A stretch of 64,000 nucleotides of DNA from the NCBI GenBank assembly GCA_963769025.1, contig CAVYKI010000010.1, positions 128,001 to 192,000 on the forward strand, read 5' to 3'. A program made the position numbers and the translations under genes. Position 1 is the stretch's first letter. Each line of letters begins with the position of its first letter. The notes under the pieces were generated by a model. That model saw nothing but the letters and a program-made list of their open reading frames with translations, ran no database searches and was not told where the DNA came from. This DNA comes from an uncultured Verrucomicrobiae bacterium (lineage in GTDB: Bacteria; Verrucomicrobiota; Verrucomicrobiia; Chthoniobacterales; Chthoniobacteraceae). Positions 52,580 through 63,587 of this stretch are shown here, one piece after another.

Positions 52580-54970
52580 ATGTTGGCGATGGCGCGCGGT
52601 TCGCGGGATGCTCCGCCGGTGCGGCGCTTCCTGCAGATCCTATTCCTTCTCCTGCTGCTCACGGCAGGCATCGGCGGACGCTATCTGTACAACCGCGGCG
52701 TCACCAAATCGTGGCGCGAAGTGGTGATGCAGGAGGTGCGCAAGCACGGCGTCGAGGTCTCCTTCACCCGGCTCACGGTGCGGCCGTTCCGCGGGCTCGT
52801 GGCGAAGGACGTGAAGTTCTACGACTCGCCCGCGCGCACCCGCGTCGTCGCCCACATGAACGAGATGGTCATCGAGGCGAACTATGCGAACGCCGTGAAG
52901 CGCAAGCCCTTCCTCGACGCGCTGACGCTCGTGGACACCAGCCTGCGGATCCCCGTCGATCCGCAGAATCCCTACGGCCCCGAAATCCGCGTGGACAAGC
53001 TGAACGCCCGCATCCTTTTCCCGCCCGACCAGGTGCAGGTCACCCGGCTCGACGCGATGATGTTCGGCATCCGCGTCCGCGCCAATGGCAGCCTGCTCGT
53101 GCCGCCGGGCATCTCCTTTTCGCAGGAGAAAGGCGGCGCCAACACGGATGTCCTCTCCACCTTGGTGCGTGAGCTCGCCTCGCTGCAGTACGAAGGCCAG
53201 CCGCCGCTCCTCACGGTGCGATTCGGCGGCAATCTCGGGCGGCCGGAGGAGATCGTGGTCGAGGCGGAGCTCGACGCCGGACGGATTCGCCGCGGCCGCT
53301 ACTTGCTCACATCCCTTGCGGCTTCCGCGACCTGGCAGAACAACGTGCTGCTCCTTTCCCGCTTCGACGCCGCCGACGCGCGCGGCCGCCTCCAGGCTTC
53401 CGGCAGCTTCGCGCTGAAATCGCGCACCGCGGAACTCCGCATGCGCTCCGGGCTCGACCTCCCGGCGCTCCTCCGCTCCGCGAATGTCGGGGTTCTCGAC
53501 GACTTCACATTCGAATCCGTGCCGCAGCTCGATCTCACCGTGCATTCCGAACTCGGCGGAGGCGGCACCGCTCCAAAGGTGCATGCGCTCGGCCACGTGC
53601 AGGTCGGGAAATTCTCCTATGGCGGCGTGCCCTTCGCCTCGATGGGCGCCGACATCTCGTGGGATGGCCGGCGCTGGGCCCTGCGCGATTTTGCGCTGCG
53701 CCAGGAAAATGGCGGCGAACTCACCGGCAACGCGCAGCAGGACTACGACGCCGCGGGCAAGGGCGACTTCCGGCTCGCGCTCGCGAGCAGCATCTCGCCG
53801 GGTGCGCTCGCGCCGCTGCTGAAGCCGGAGGCCCGCGCAAAGCTCGCGCAGATGAAATTCCACGACGCCCCGCGCATCTCGCTGAGCGCACGCGGCTCCG
53901 CGCCGGGCCTCGACACGCTCTCGGCGAGCGGCGAACTGAGGCTCGGACACACCGTTTACCGCGGCGTCGAGGCGCGCGACGCCGAGGCCTCTTTCCGCTA
54001 CAACCGCCGTGTCCTTTCGCTCGACGCCTTCGAGGTGCATCGCGCGGAGGGCGGCGGAAAGGGCCGGCTCGTGTGCGATTTCAACACCAACCTCTGGCAC
54101 ATCCATGATGTGACCACGTCCATATTTCCCGCCGAAGTCGCGATGTGGATCGACACCGACCTCGTGCAGGACATCAAACCCTACCGCTTCGGAAAACGGC
54201 CGCCTCTGCTGCACATCGACGGGACCCTGGATCCCCGCAAGGGAGGCACAAACACGCGGCTCACGGTGAACGCCACGGCCCCCGGCGGGATGGAATACAC
54301 GTTCGCAAAAAAGGACCTCCACTTCGGCGAGATGAAAGGAAAACTCTTCTTCACCGACGAACGCCTGAAGCTGATTGACGTGCGCGGCGAACTCTTCGGC
54401 GGCACGATCGTCGGCGAAGGCGACGTCTCCATCGTGAAGGGGAAGCCGGGCCACACCGCCACGGTGCGCCTGATTGGGGCTGATTTCTCGAAGCTCGCGA
54501 AGCTCTACTTCGGCATCGACGACTCGAAGGGGAAACTGGATGGCACCTGCACGTTCAGCGGCAAAGGCGATGAGGCACGCGCGATCCGCGGCGACGGCGA
54601 GGTGTCGGTCACCGAGGGAAATGTCTTCGCGATCCCGTTCCTCGGCCCGTTCAGCGAAATCCTGAACAAGATCGTCCCCGGCATGGGCTACAGCCGCGCG
54701 CGCAAGGCGACCGCGGAATTTTCAATGGGCGACGGCATCGTCACCGCGAAGGAACTGGTCATCAAAGGCAACGGCTTTTCCATGTACGGCGACGGACGCA
54801 TCTGGATGATCGAGGACAAGATGGACTTCGACATCCGCATCAACGCCCAGGGCCTGCCGGGCGTGCTCCTTTTCCCTGTGAGCAAGCTGCTCGAATACCG
54901 CGCCAACTCGCGTTTCTCGAGCCCCGACTGGCGGCCCAAGGCGCTGCCGCGGTTCGGCGGCGACCGGTGA
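52580..54970 (+). CDS. AsmA-like family protein (putative lipid-transport bridge)
   Basis: N-terminal TM anchor, long beta-rich body, AsmA-type C-terminus; start uncertain (52580 or 52619). Confidence 0.7.
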   Translation: MLAMARGSRDAPPVRRFLQILFLLLLLTAGIGGRYLYNRGVTKSWREVVMQEVRKHGVEVSFTRLTVRPFRGLVAKDVKFYDSPARTRVVAHMNEMVIEANYANAVKRKPFLDALTLVDTSLRIPVDPQNPYGPEIRVDKLNARILFPPDQVQVTRLDAMMFGIRVRANGSLLVPPGISFSQEKGGANTDVLSTLVRELASLQYEGQPPLLTVRFGGNLGRPEEIVVEAELDAGRIRRGRYLLTSLAASATWQNNVLLLSRFDAADARGRLQASGSFALKSRTAELRMRSGLDLPALLRSANVGVLDDFTFESVPQLDLTVHSELGGGGTAPKVHALGHVQVGKFSYGGVPFASMGADISWDGRRWALRDFALRQENGGELTGNAQQDYDAAGKGDFRLALASSISPGALAPLLKPEARAKLAQMKFHDAPRISLSARGSAPGLDTLSASGELRLGHTVYRGVEARDAEASFRYNRRVLSLDAFEVHRAEGGGKGRLVCDFNTNLWHIHDVTTSIFPAEVAMWIDTDLVQDIKPYRFGKRPPLLHIDGTLDPRKGGTNTRLTVNATAPGGMEYTFAKKDLHFGEMKGKLFFTDERLKLIDVRGELFGGTIVGEGDVSIVKGKPGHTATVRLIGADFSKLAKLYFGIDDSKGKLDGTCTFSGKGDEARAIRGDGEVSVTEGNVFAIPFLGPFSEILNKIVPGMGYSRARKATAEFSMGDGIVTAKELVIKGNGFSMYGDGRIWMIEDKMDFDIRINAQGLPGVLLFPVSKLLEYRANSRFSSPDWRPKALPRFGGDR

Positions 54971-55026
54971 GTTTCCGGGACGTCCGTCCGCCGGCTCCGG
55001 GTTAAAATCCGACCCCACTCACGCCT

Positions 55027-56498
55027 CTACGCCAGCAGCGGCTTGAGCACCTCGCCGTGGATGTCCGTGAGCCGGAAATCGCGGCCCTGGTAGCGGTAGG
55101 TGAGCCGCTCGTGGTTCGACGCCCAGGAGGTGCAGGATCGTCGCGTTCAGGTCGTGCACGTGCACCGGATCGCGGACGATGTTGTAGCAGTAGTCGTCGG
55201 TCTCGCCGTAGCGTGATGCCCGTCCTTCACGCCCGCGCCGGCCAGCAGCATGGTGAAGCAGCGCGGGTGGTGGTCGCGCCCGTAGTTCGTCTCGGTGAGC
55301 GTGCCCTGCGAGTAGATGGTGCGGCCGAATTCGCCGCCCCAGACGATGAGCGTGTCGTCGAGCAGCCCGCGCTGCTTGAGGTCGGTGATGCAGCGCCGCC
55401 GTCGGCTGATCGGTGTCGCGGCACTGGCCGCGGATCGCGTTCGGCAGGCCGCCGTGGTGGTCCCAGCCCATGTGGAAGAGCTGGACGAAGCGCACGTCGC
55501 GCTCGGCGAGCCGGCGGGCGAGCAGGCAGTTCGCGGCGTAGGTGCCGGGCGTCTTCACGTCGGGGCCGTACATGTCGAGGACGTGCTGCGGCTCCTTCGA
55601 GATGTCGGTCAGCTCCGGCACGCTCGCCTGCATGCGGAAGGCCATCTCGTATTGCGCGATGCGCGTCTGGATCTCCGGATCGCCGAGCGCGTCGAAGCGC
55701 TGCTGGTTGAGCGCGGCGAGTTCGTCGAGCGTCTCGCGGCGCGTCTCGCGATCCATGCCCGGCGGGATTGGAGAGGTAGAGCACCGGATCGCCCTTGTTG
55801 CGGAACTTCACGCCCTGATGCTTCGACGGCAGAAAGCCCGCGCTCCACAGCCGGTCGTAGAGCGGCTGGTCGTCCTTGCGCCCGCTGCCGAAGGACGTGA
55901 GCACGACATACGCGGGCAGGTCCTTGTTCTCGCTGCCGAGCCCGTAGCCGACCCACGAGCCGATGCTCGGCCGTCCCGCGAGCTGCGAGCCGGTCTGGCA
56001 GAACGTGATCGCCGGATCGTGGTTGATCGCCTCGGTGAACATCGAGCGGACGACGCACAGCTCATCCGCGACGCCCGCGATGTGCGGCATCAGCTCGCTG
56101 AGCCACGCGCCGCTCTTCCCGTGCTGCGCGAACTTGAAAATGCGACGGCGCGACCGGGAAACGTCTTCTGCCCGCGACGTCATCGTCGTCAGCCGCTGGC
56201 CCTTGCGGATCGACTCCGGCAAATCCTCGCCGCGGCGCTTCTCCAGCTGCGGCTTCGGATCGAAGAGATCCATCTGCGACGGCGCGCCGCGACTGGAAGA
56301 GGTAGATGATGCGCTTCGCCTTCGGCGCAAAATTTGGGAACGCCGGTTTCGTCGCGGCCATCAGCGACGGCCCTGAGCAGCGAGCCGAGCGCCGCGAGTC
56401 CGATGCCGCCCGCGGATTGCTGGAGAAACGTGCGGCGCGAAACCGCCATGCGCTGCGCGCGCGTCGAGGGACAGGAATGCGGGGTCGTTGCAGTTCAT
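55027..56498 (-). CDS. DUF1501 family protein, heavily frameshifted in this sequence (at least 8 frame changes)
   Basis: [66 protein letters not shown] in alternating frames. Confidence 0.8.
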
Positions 56499-56566
56499 GG
56501 GCACGGGGTGACTGGGACTACCGTGCGCCGCTCGCCGCCATTAGACAAAAGGAAATCTCACGGACT

Positions 56567-56625
56567 CTCAGGAAGGCATGAAGGCGCGAAAGCGGGCGCT
56601 TTTCATGCCTTCATGCCTTCCTGAG
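56567..56625. repeat. Long intergenic inverted repeat built from GAAGGCATG-like units (REP-like)
   Basis: ctcaggaaggcatgaaggcgcgaaag ... cttttcatgccttcatgccttcctgag. Confidence 0.75.
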
Positions 56626-56686
56626 CGATTCTTGACTGCGAACCGGATAGGCACGGACAAAACCGCCTCGTCCCTCCAGTCCGCGA

Positions 56687-59600
56687 TCAGTTCCGCGTGA
56701 TGGTCTCGTCGAGGTTCAGGATCAGGTTGGCCACGAGCGTCCATGCGGCGAGTTCCGTCTCCGGGAGTCCGGCCTTCGGCTTGGATTCGCCGTTGTGGAT
56801 CACTTTCTTCGCCGCGTCGGGCGACTGCGCATATTCGGCGAGGAACTTTCCGAACGTCCCCTCCACAACCGTGATTTCCTCCTGCGTCGGCTTGCGCGAA
56901 AGCGCGACGCGGTAGGCGAACGTGATGCGCTCCGCCGGCGTCGCCCCGCCCTCGGTCATGATGCGCTCGGCAAAACCGCGCGCGGCCTCGAAGTGCTGCA
57001 CGTCATTCATCAGCTGCAGCGCCTGCAGCGGCGTGTTGCTGCGCTCGCGCACCGCGCAGGACTGCTCGCGGTTCGGCGCGTCGAAGTTCGTCATGAACGG
57101 CGGCGGCGCGGTGCGCTTGAGGAAGACGTAGAGGCTGCGGCGATAGAGCGCGGCGCCTTTGTCCTGCACGTAGTTCCGGGTGTTCGAACCGCCAAAGCCG
57201 ACCGGCTCCCAGATGTTCGGCGGCTGATACGGCTTCACGCCCTTGCCGCCCATTTCGAAATTCATCAGCCCGCTCACGAAGAGCGCGTCGTCGCGAAGCT
57301 GCTCGGCGTCGAGGCGGAAGCGCGGACCGCGCGCGTAGAGGCGGTTCTCGGGATCCCGTTGCACGAGCGCAGGCGTCGCGGCGGACGACTGGCGGAAAGT
57401 CGCGCTCGTGAGCATGAGGCGGATCATTTTCCGCGTGTCCCAGCCGCCCTCGCGGAAGGTCACGGCGAGCCAGTCGAGCAGTTCCGGATGACTCGGCACC
57501 GAGCCCTGCGAGCCGAAGTCGAAGCTCGTCTTCACGATGCCCGTGCCGAAGAACTGCTGCCAGAGCCGGTTCACGGTGACGCGCGCGGTGAGCGGGTGCT
57601 CGGGCGAGAGCAGCCAGTTCGCGAGGTCGAGCCGCGTGGCGCGTCCCTCGGGCGCCGCCTTTTTCAGCGGCGGGAAAATCGCGGGCGTCGCGGGCTCCAC
57701 CTTTTCGCCCGGCTTGTCGTACTGGCCGCGCATCATCACGAAGCTCTCGCGCGGCTTCTCGAGATCGTTCCAGATGAACGTGCTCGGGATGTTCTTCGCG
57801 AGGTCGTCCCGCTCCCGTTGCAGTGCGTCGCGCTCCTTCGCGAGCGCCGTAAAGGCACCCTTCGTCTCCGCGCACACGTTGGTGAGGTAGTAATCGCGGA
57901 GCTGCTTTTCCTGCTCGGGCTTGAGCTTCTTCGGCCCGTCCTTCAGCAGCTTGTTGATTTCCGCGGGAACGCCCGGCGTGTCCTTGCCCGCCGCGGGCTT
58001 CTGCCACGCGATGAACGACTGCGCGGGGTCGTTCGCCGGCGCGACGCGCGCGACCACGCCCATGTGATCGAAATACGCCGTGCCGCCGTGAAGCGTGAAC
58101 GCGACACCGGTGATTTTTTCGCCGGGCTTGATGTCAATCGCCGCGGCGTCCACCTCGAGCCGCGCCCATTTGCCGGGCTCCGGCAGCGCGCCCGCGCCAA
58201 AGCGCGTCGGAGTGTTCAGCTGCCCGTAGGGGATCACGTCGGGGTTGCCCCACACCGCGCGGTTTTCCCATTTGCCCGTGTGAAATTGGATCATCACGGC
58301 CTCCGGCGGATCGGCCGGATCGAGGTAGACTTGGAGGAAAAACTTCGCGCCCACCGGCGCCTCGAACGGTGCGGCACCGCCGCTGTAATAGTCCTGCGCG
58401 AGCCCGGCGGCGGAGCGTTTCAGCGCGCGCTTGCCGCTGAAGACCTGGCCATCCTCCGCGGTCACCCACTGCGTCGGCGGAGTGCCACCGTTGCTCTGCG
58501 CCTTGGCTCCCGCTGGAAAGTCGTCCTCGATCCAGACCGTCTCCGTCTCCTTCGCCGGCGGCAGCGGCTTCAGCGTCGCCGGGTCGGTGTAGGTCACCTC
58601 CTTCAGCTTCGCATTCATCTGCGCTCGCAGCGGCGCAATCTTCGCGTCGAGCTTCTTCATCTGCGCCTCCTGCGCGGGAGTCGCGAGCTGCAGGACCGGC
58701 TTCGTCAGCAGCACGTTGCCGTCCATCGCCGGGTCGGCATTCGACTGGAAGAACGAATACAGCGAGTAGAACTCCTTCGCCGAAATCGGGTCGAACTTGT
58801 GGTCGTGGCAGACCGCGCATCCGCCGGTGAGCCCCATCCACGTCTCGATCATCGTGCTCGTACGATCGACGGCGTAGCGATAGACATACTCCTCGGCGAT
58901 CGATCCGCCTTCGCTCGTCGTGACGTTGCAGCGGTTGAAGCCCGTGGCGATGAGCTGATCCTGCGTGGCGTTCGGGAGCAGATCGCCCGCGAGCTGCCAC
59001 GTGGTGAACTTGTCGAACGGCAGGTTCTCGTTGAACGCCCGCACGACCCAGTCGCGATAGGCCCACATCTGCCGCTCGTTGTCGAGATGCAGCCCGTGCG
59101 TGTCGCCGTAGCGCGCGACATCGAGCCAGTGCTTCGCCATTTCCTCGCCGTGGCGCGGCGAGGCAAAATAGCGATCGACCATCTTGCCGTACGCGTCGGG
59201 CGAGCTGTCGCCGAGGAAGGCGTCCACTTCCTTCAAGGTCGGCGGCAGCCCGGTGAGCGCGAACGCCACGCGGCGGATGAGCGTCTCGCGGTCGGCTTCC
59301 GGCGAAAACTTCAGCCCTTCGCGCTGCAAGCCGCTCGCCGATGAATGCATCGATCGGATTCAGCGCCGCACCATCCGCCACTGCCGGTACGGCGACCTTC
59401 GGCAGCTCGCCTTTCACCGGCGGCTCGAATGCCCAGTGCTTCTGATACTCGCCGCCTTCCTCGATCCAGCGTTTGATAAGCGCCTTCTGCGCGTCGGTCA
59501 GTTTCTTGTTCGAATCCGGCGGCGGCATCACCTCGTCCTCGTCCTTGCTCGAGATGCGCTTCCACGCCTCGCTCTTTGCCAGATCCCCCGGCGCGATGGC

Positions 59601-59819
59601 CTGCACACCCTCGATCACCGCGTGGGCACCCTCCGCCGTGTCGATCCTCAGGTCCGCCTTGCGGTGCTTCGCGTCCGTGCCGTGGCAGGCAAAACAGTTG
59701 TCCGAAAGAATCGGCCGGATGTCCCGGTTGAAGCGGAGCTTCCCGCCATCAGCCGCAGGCGCGGTGACGGGGATTCCTGCGAGCACGAGGGCGGCGATGA
59801 GAGGGATACGGCGTGTCAT
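56687..59819 (-). CDS. DUF1549/DUF1553 cytochrome c protein; frameshift near 59335
   Basis: [59 protein letters not shown]. Confidence 0.9.
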
Positions 59820-59921
59820 GGGAGATCGAAAACAGCATGTAGGTAATCCCCTTCCCGCGGCATTCAAAGCCATACATTACGGCGCGCCGGACGATGCGGC
59901 GGCAGGCGGTCCAAGCCGCCG

Positions 59922-60665
59922 TCAGCGCACGCGCCAGTCGCCCAAGCCGCTGGCGTAAATCATCGCGGCCGAAGTGATGCCGCCGCTTCCATTCATGTGC
60001 CATACGGCGATCTGGCCGTCGGTGTTTTGGAAGAGGAGATCGGCGTTGCCATCATCGTCCATGTCGGCAATGCCGGCGATTTTCCAGTCGCCGAGATCGC
60101 TGGAGGAGAGCAACGCGGACGAGGTCACGGCGCCGCTGCCGTCCATGTGCCACACGGCGATGTGGCCTGTGGTGTTTTGGAAGAGGATGTCGGCGTTGCC
60201 GTCGCCGTTCATGTCGGCGACGCCGGCGATCTTCCAGTCGCCCAGCTCGCTCGAGGAAATCATCGCCGACGTGCTGATGGTGCCGCTGCCGTCCATGTAC
60301 CACACGGCGATCTGGCCCGCGGTGTTCTGAAAGAGGAGGTCAGCGTTGCCGTCGCTGTTCATGTCGGCGATGCCGGCGATCTTCCAATCACCCAGATTGC
60401 TGGAGGAAATGAACGACGACGAGATCACGGCACCGCTGCCGTCCATGTACCACGCGGCGATCTGGCCCTCGGTGTTCTGGAAGATGATGTCGGCGTTGCC
60501 GTCGCTGTTCATGTCGGCGGCGCCGGTGATTTTCCAATCACCCAGACCGCCGGAGTACAGCAGCAGCGTCGAGATGACGGCGCCGCTCCCGTTCATGTAC
60601 CACGCGGCGATCTGGCCGGCGGCATTTTGGAAAAGGAGGTCGGCATTTCCGTCGCCGTCGAGATC
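59922..60665 (-). repeat. 5 x 150-bp FG-GAP-like repeat module (copy 3)
   Basis: DLDGDG/DMNSDG/DMNSDG/DMNGDG/DMDDDG; ends GLGDWRVR*. Confidence 0.9.
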
Positions 60666-61494
60666 CCGGGTGGCGGCCGGCTTCACGCGGACGCGGACGG
60701 AGTCCAGCGTCCAGTCGGGCGACAACTGCCCGGTCGGCGGGATACGTCATCCGGAGCGCGATGAAAGTCCCTTCGACGTGATCGAGCGAGCGGTTGGCCT
60801 CCGCCGTCGGCTGATCGGGCGTGGTGTGGAGCAGATCGTTCCGCGTGAGCGTCACGCGGCCCGGCGCTGCGTAGCACTCCAGCCGGCCCTCCTTGTTCCA
60901 CGAGATCCCCAAGGTCCACCAGCCCGCCGCCGGGATCCGCCCGATGGTGTAGTCCGGCGAGAAACCGTCGCCCACGCGCGCGATGAAGCACGGCCCCTCG
61001 TCGTCCGTCGCGACGTAGATGCCCGGCCAGTAATTGCCGCTGTTGTACGGGAGGTCCGCGTCGTAGGCCGTCACGCGCAGGCCGAACCATTCGCGGGCAC
61101 CCGCGGCATTCGTCCCGGCGGGCCATTGGTCGAAAGGCGGGAACCACACCTGCGCGACGATGCTCGGCCGTTCGGAGGCAGCCAGAGGGCGGCCGATTTG
61201 ATCCGCGTAAGTGCAGAGCATGTCCTCCGCGGAGGGATACGCGTCGTCGCCATTGTCCACCGAGCGCACGCTCAGAAGGCCATCGTGGATCGTGAGCACC
61301 TCGGGCATCCCGCGGAGGCCGGGCACCCAGATCGGCTTCAGCGTGTCGAACTCGTCCGAGATTTCCGCCACGACACGCCCGCCCGGCACCCCCGCCCGGC
61401 CCGCGGGGAGAAAAGTGAACGCGACCCCTTGCAGGAGCATCGCCATCCAGACCCACAGCCGGATGCAGCATCCTGAAAGGTCGCGCAGTCGCAT
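59922..61494 (-). CDS. Secreted protein: unknown Trp-rich beta domain + FG-GAP-like module; frameshift near 60730
   Basis: PSIVAQVWFPPFDQW, WFGLR, YWPGIY, GWWTLGISW in frame 60538; repeats in frame 59922; start uncertain. Confidence 0.75.
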
Positions 61495-61707
61495 GGCCGG
61501 AGGGGAAAAGGTTTCGGGCTGGCGGGATCGAGATTTCACCGGGGTGCTCGATCCACCGTGTGACCGCATCGCGGCGAACGGTCAATCCCCCTTCCGTGCC
61601 GCGCGTGGCAACCGGGCATGGGCTCGTGCATCGGAGGATCGCCCTTTTCCATTTACTCCACCGGCTGGGGCTATCATTTCTGAACGGAAAGACTCGCAAG
61701 GCCTGCC

Positions 61708-62934
61708 GTGCAAAAACTCGTCATCACCAAACCATACCGCTTCGTTCCGCCGCGCCACAATGCGCTGCTGTGGCGGCTCATCCGGTGGCGGTTGCCGGCG
61801 CAACTCCGGAAAGACTATGGCGTCACGTCGTGGGAGTGCACGGGATTGGAGCGGCTGCGCGCTTCGCTGGCTGCGGGGTCGAGCGTGCTGTTGGCGTCGA
61901 ATCATTCCCGGCCCTGCGACCCCCTGATGCTCGGGGTGTTCTCGGGCAAGGTCGGCAGGCCGTTTCACGTCATGACGAGCTGGCATCTGTTCGAGCAAAG
62001 CCGCGTGCAGGGATTCGTGTTTCCACGGATCGGCTGCTTCAGCGTCTATCGGGAAGGCACGGATCGCGAGTCGCTGAAATGTGCCGTCCGCGTGCTGGCC
62101 GAGGGGCGTTTTCCGCTGCTGATTTTCCCCGAAGGCATCGTCACGCGGAACAACGACCGCCTGCTGAATCTCATGGATGGCGTCTCGTTCATCGCCCGCT
62201 CCGCGGCGAAACAGCGGGCGGCCTCGGCGCGGCCGGGCAAGGTCGTCGTGCATCCGATTTTCGTCCGCTATTTCTTCGAGGGCGATCTCGCGGCGACCGT
62301 CGCGCCGGTGCTGCGGCATGTCGAAACGCGGCTGTCATTGCCGCCGCAGGAGGCGCTGCCGTTGCGCGAGCGCATCGTGAAAGCCGGACGCGGAATGCTC
62401 TCGCTCAAGGAAACCGAATACTTCGGCGCACCGCAGCCCGGCCGCATGCGGGAGCGGCTGCCCCGGCTGCTGGAGCGCGTATTCGAACCGCTCGATCGGG
62501 AATGGAACGGGGAACACCGCGAACCCGACACCATGGCGCGCATCAAGCGCCTGCGCTCGGCCATCCTGCCCGACATGGTGCGCGGCGGCCTCGCGGAGGC
62601 GGAGACGGCACGCCGCTGGAGGCAGCTCGCCGACCTCTACCTTGCGCAGCAATTGCACTGCTACTCGGCGGAATACCTCGACGGCACGCCATCGCCCGAG
62701 CGCCTGCTGGAGACGGTCGAGCGCTACGAGGAAGACCTCACCGACACCGCACGGCCGCACCCGCCGCTCCATGCCGTCATTTCCGTCGGCGAAGCCATCG
62801 AGGCGGCCCCGGTGCGGGATCGCAGCGTGGATAATGACCCCATCGCGGAGAAGCTGCGGCGCGGACTCGAAACCCTGCTCGAAGAAAGCAAATCCCGGCG
62901 GAGAATTCCGCGGCCTGCCGGCGAAATGTCATGA
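61708..62934 (+). CDS. PlsC-type (HX4D) glycerolipid acyltransferase with long C-terminal extension
   Basis: SNHSRPCD, FSVYREG, LIFPEG. Confidence 0.85.
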   Translation: MQKLVITKPYRFVPPRHNALLWRLIRWRLPAQLRKDYGVTSWECTGLERLRASLAAGSSVLLASNHSRPCDPLMLGVFSGKVGRPFHVMTSWHLFEQSRVQGFVFPRIGCFSVYREGTDRESLKCAVRVLAEGRFPLLIFPEGIVTRNNDRLLNLMDGVSFIARSAAKQRAASARPGKVVVHPIFVRYFFEGDLAATVAPVLRHVETRLSLPPQEALPLRERIVKAGRGMLSLKETEYFGAPQPGRMRERLPRLLERVFEPLDREWNGEHREPDTMARIKRLRSAILPDMVRGGLAEAETARRWRQLADLYLAQQLHCYSAEYLDGTPSPERLLETVERYEEDLTDTARPHPPLHAVISVGEAIEAAPVRDRSVDNDPIAEKLRRGLETLLEESKSRRRIPRPAGEMS

Positions 62935-63587
62935 TTCTCTTTTTCGCCGCGCTCCACTGGCCCTCCATCGGACTCCGGGTCGGCGTCGTCGCGGGCGCGC
63001 TCGTGATCTGGTTCTGGACGCAATCGCTCATCGGCCGCAAGGCCGCCGCGAAGGATGGCATCGGCGATGCCGTCCACAATCTCACTGCGCGCTGGCACCG
63101 CTACCTGTCCGCACATCCGCGCGCCGCCAACGCCACGCTCATCACGAGTTCCCTTTTCATCGATCTCTTCGGCCTCGCGCTGATTGGCGCTGCGATCTTC
63201 GGTCCCACGTTTGCGCCGTTCCTCGCCATGATCCTCCTTTTCGCCATGCGGCAGGTCTGCCAGGCCTTCTGCACGCTCCCGCCGCCGCCCGGCAACCTCT
63301 GGCGGAATCCCGGCTTCCCGTCGCTGCTCGTCACCTACGAAGTCAGCAACGATCTCTTTTTCTCCGGCCACACCGGCCTCGCCGTGCTCGGGGCCATCTA
63401 CGCGGCCCACTCCGGGCCGCCGTGGCTCGCGGCCGCCGCGGTGGGCATCACGCTCGGCCAGTCACTCGTCGTCCTCGTGCTGCGCGCCCACTACACGCTC
63501 GATGTCGTGGCCGGCATTTTCGCCGCGTTCGTCGCGGCGGAAATGGCGTCGGCGATCTCCCCCGCGCTGGACGCGTGGCTGCGCTGA
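62931..63587 (+). CDS. Sphingomyelin-synthase-like (PAP2_C type) membrane phosphotransferase
   Basis: R.....TLPPP, NDLFFSGHT, RAHYTLDV; about 6 TM segments; ATGA overlap with the acyltransferase. Confidence 0.8.
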   Translation: MILFFAALHWPSIGLRVGVVAGALVIWFWTQSLIGRKAAAKDGIGDAVHNLTARWHRYLSAHPRAANATLITSSLFIDLFGLALIGAAIFGPTFAPFLAMILLFAMRQVCQAFCTLPPPPGNLWRNPGFPSLLVTYEVSNDLFFSGHTGLAVLGAIYAAHSGPPWLAAAAVGITLGQSLVVLVLRAHYTLDVVAGIFAAFVAAEMASAISPALDAWLR

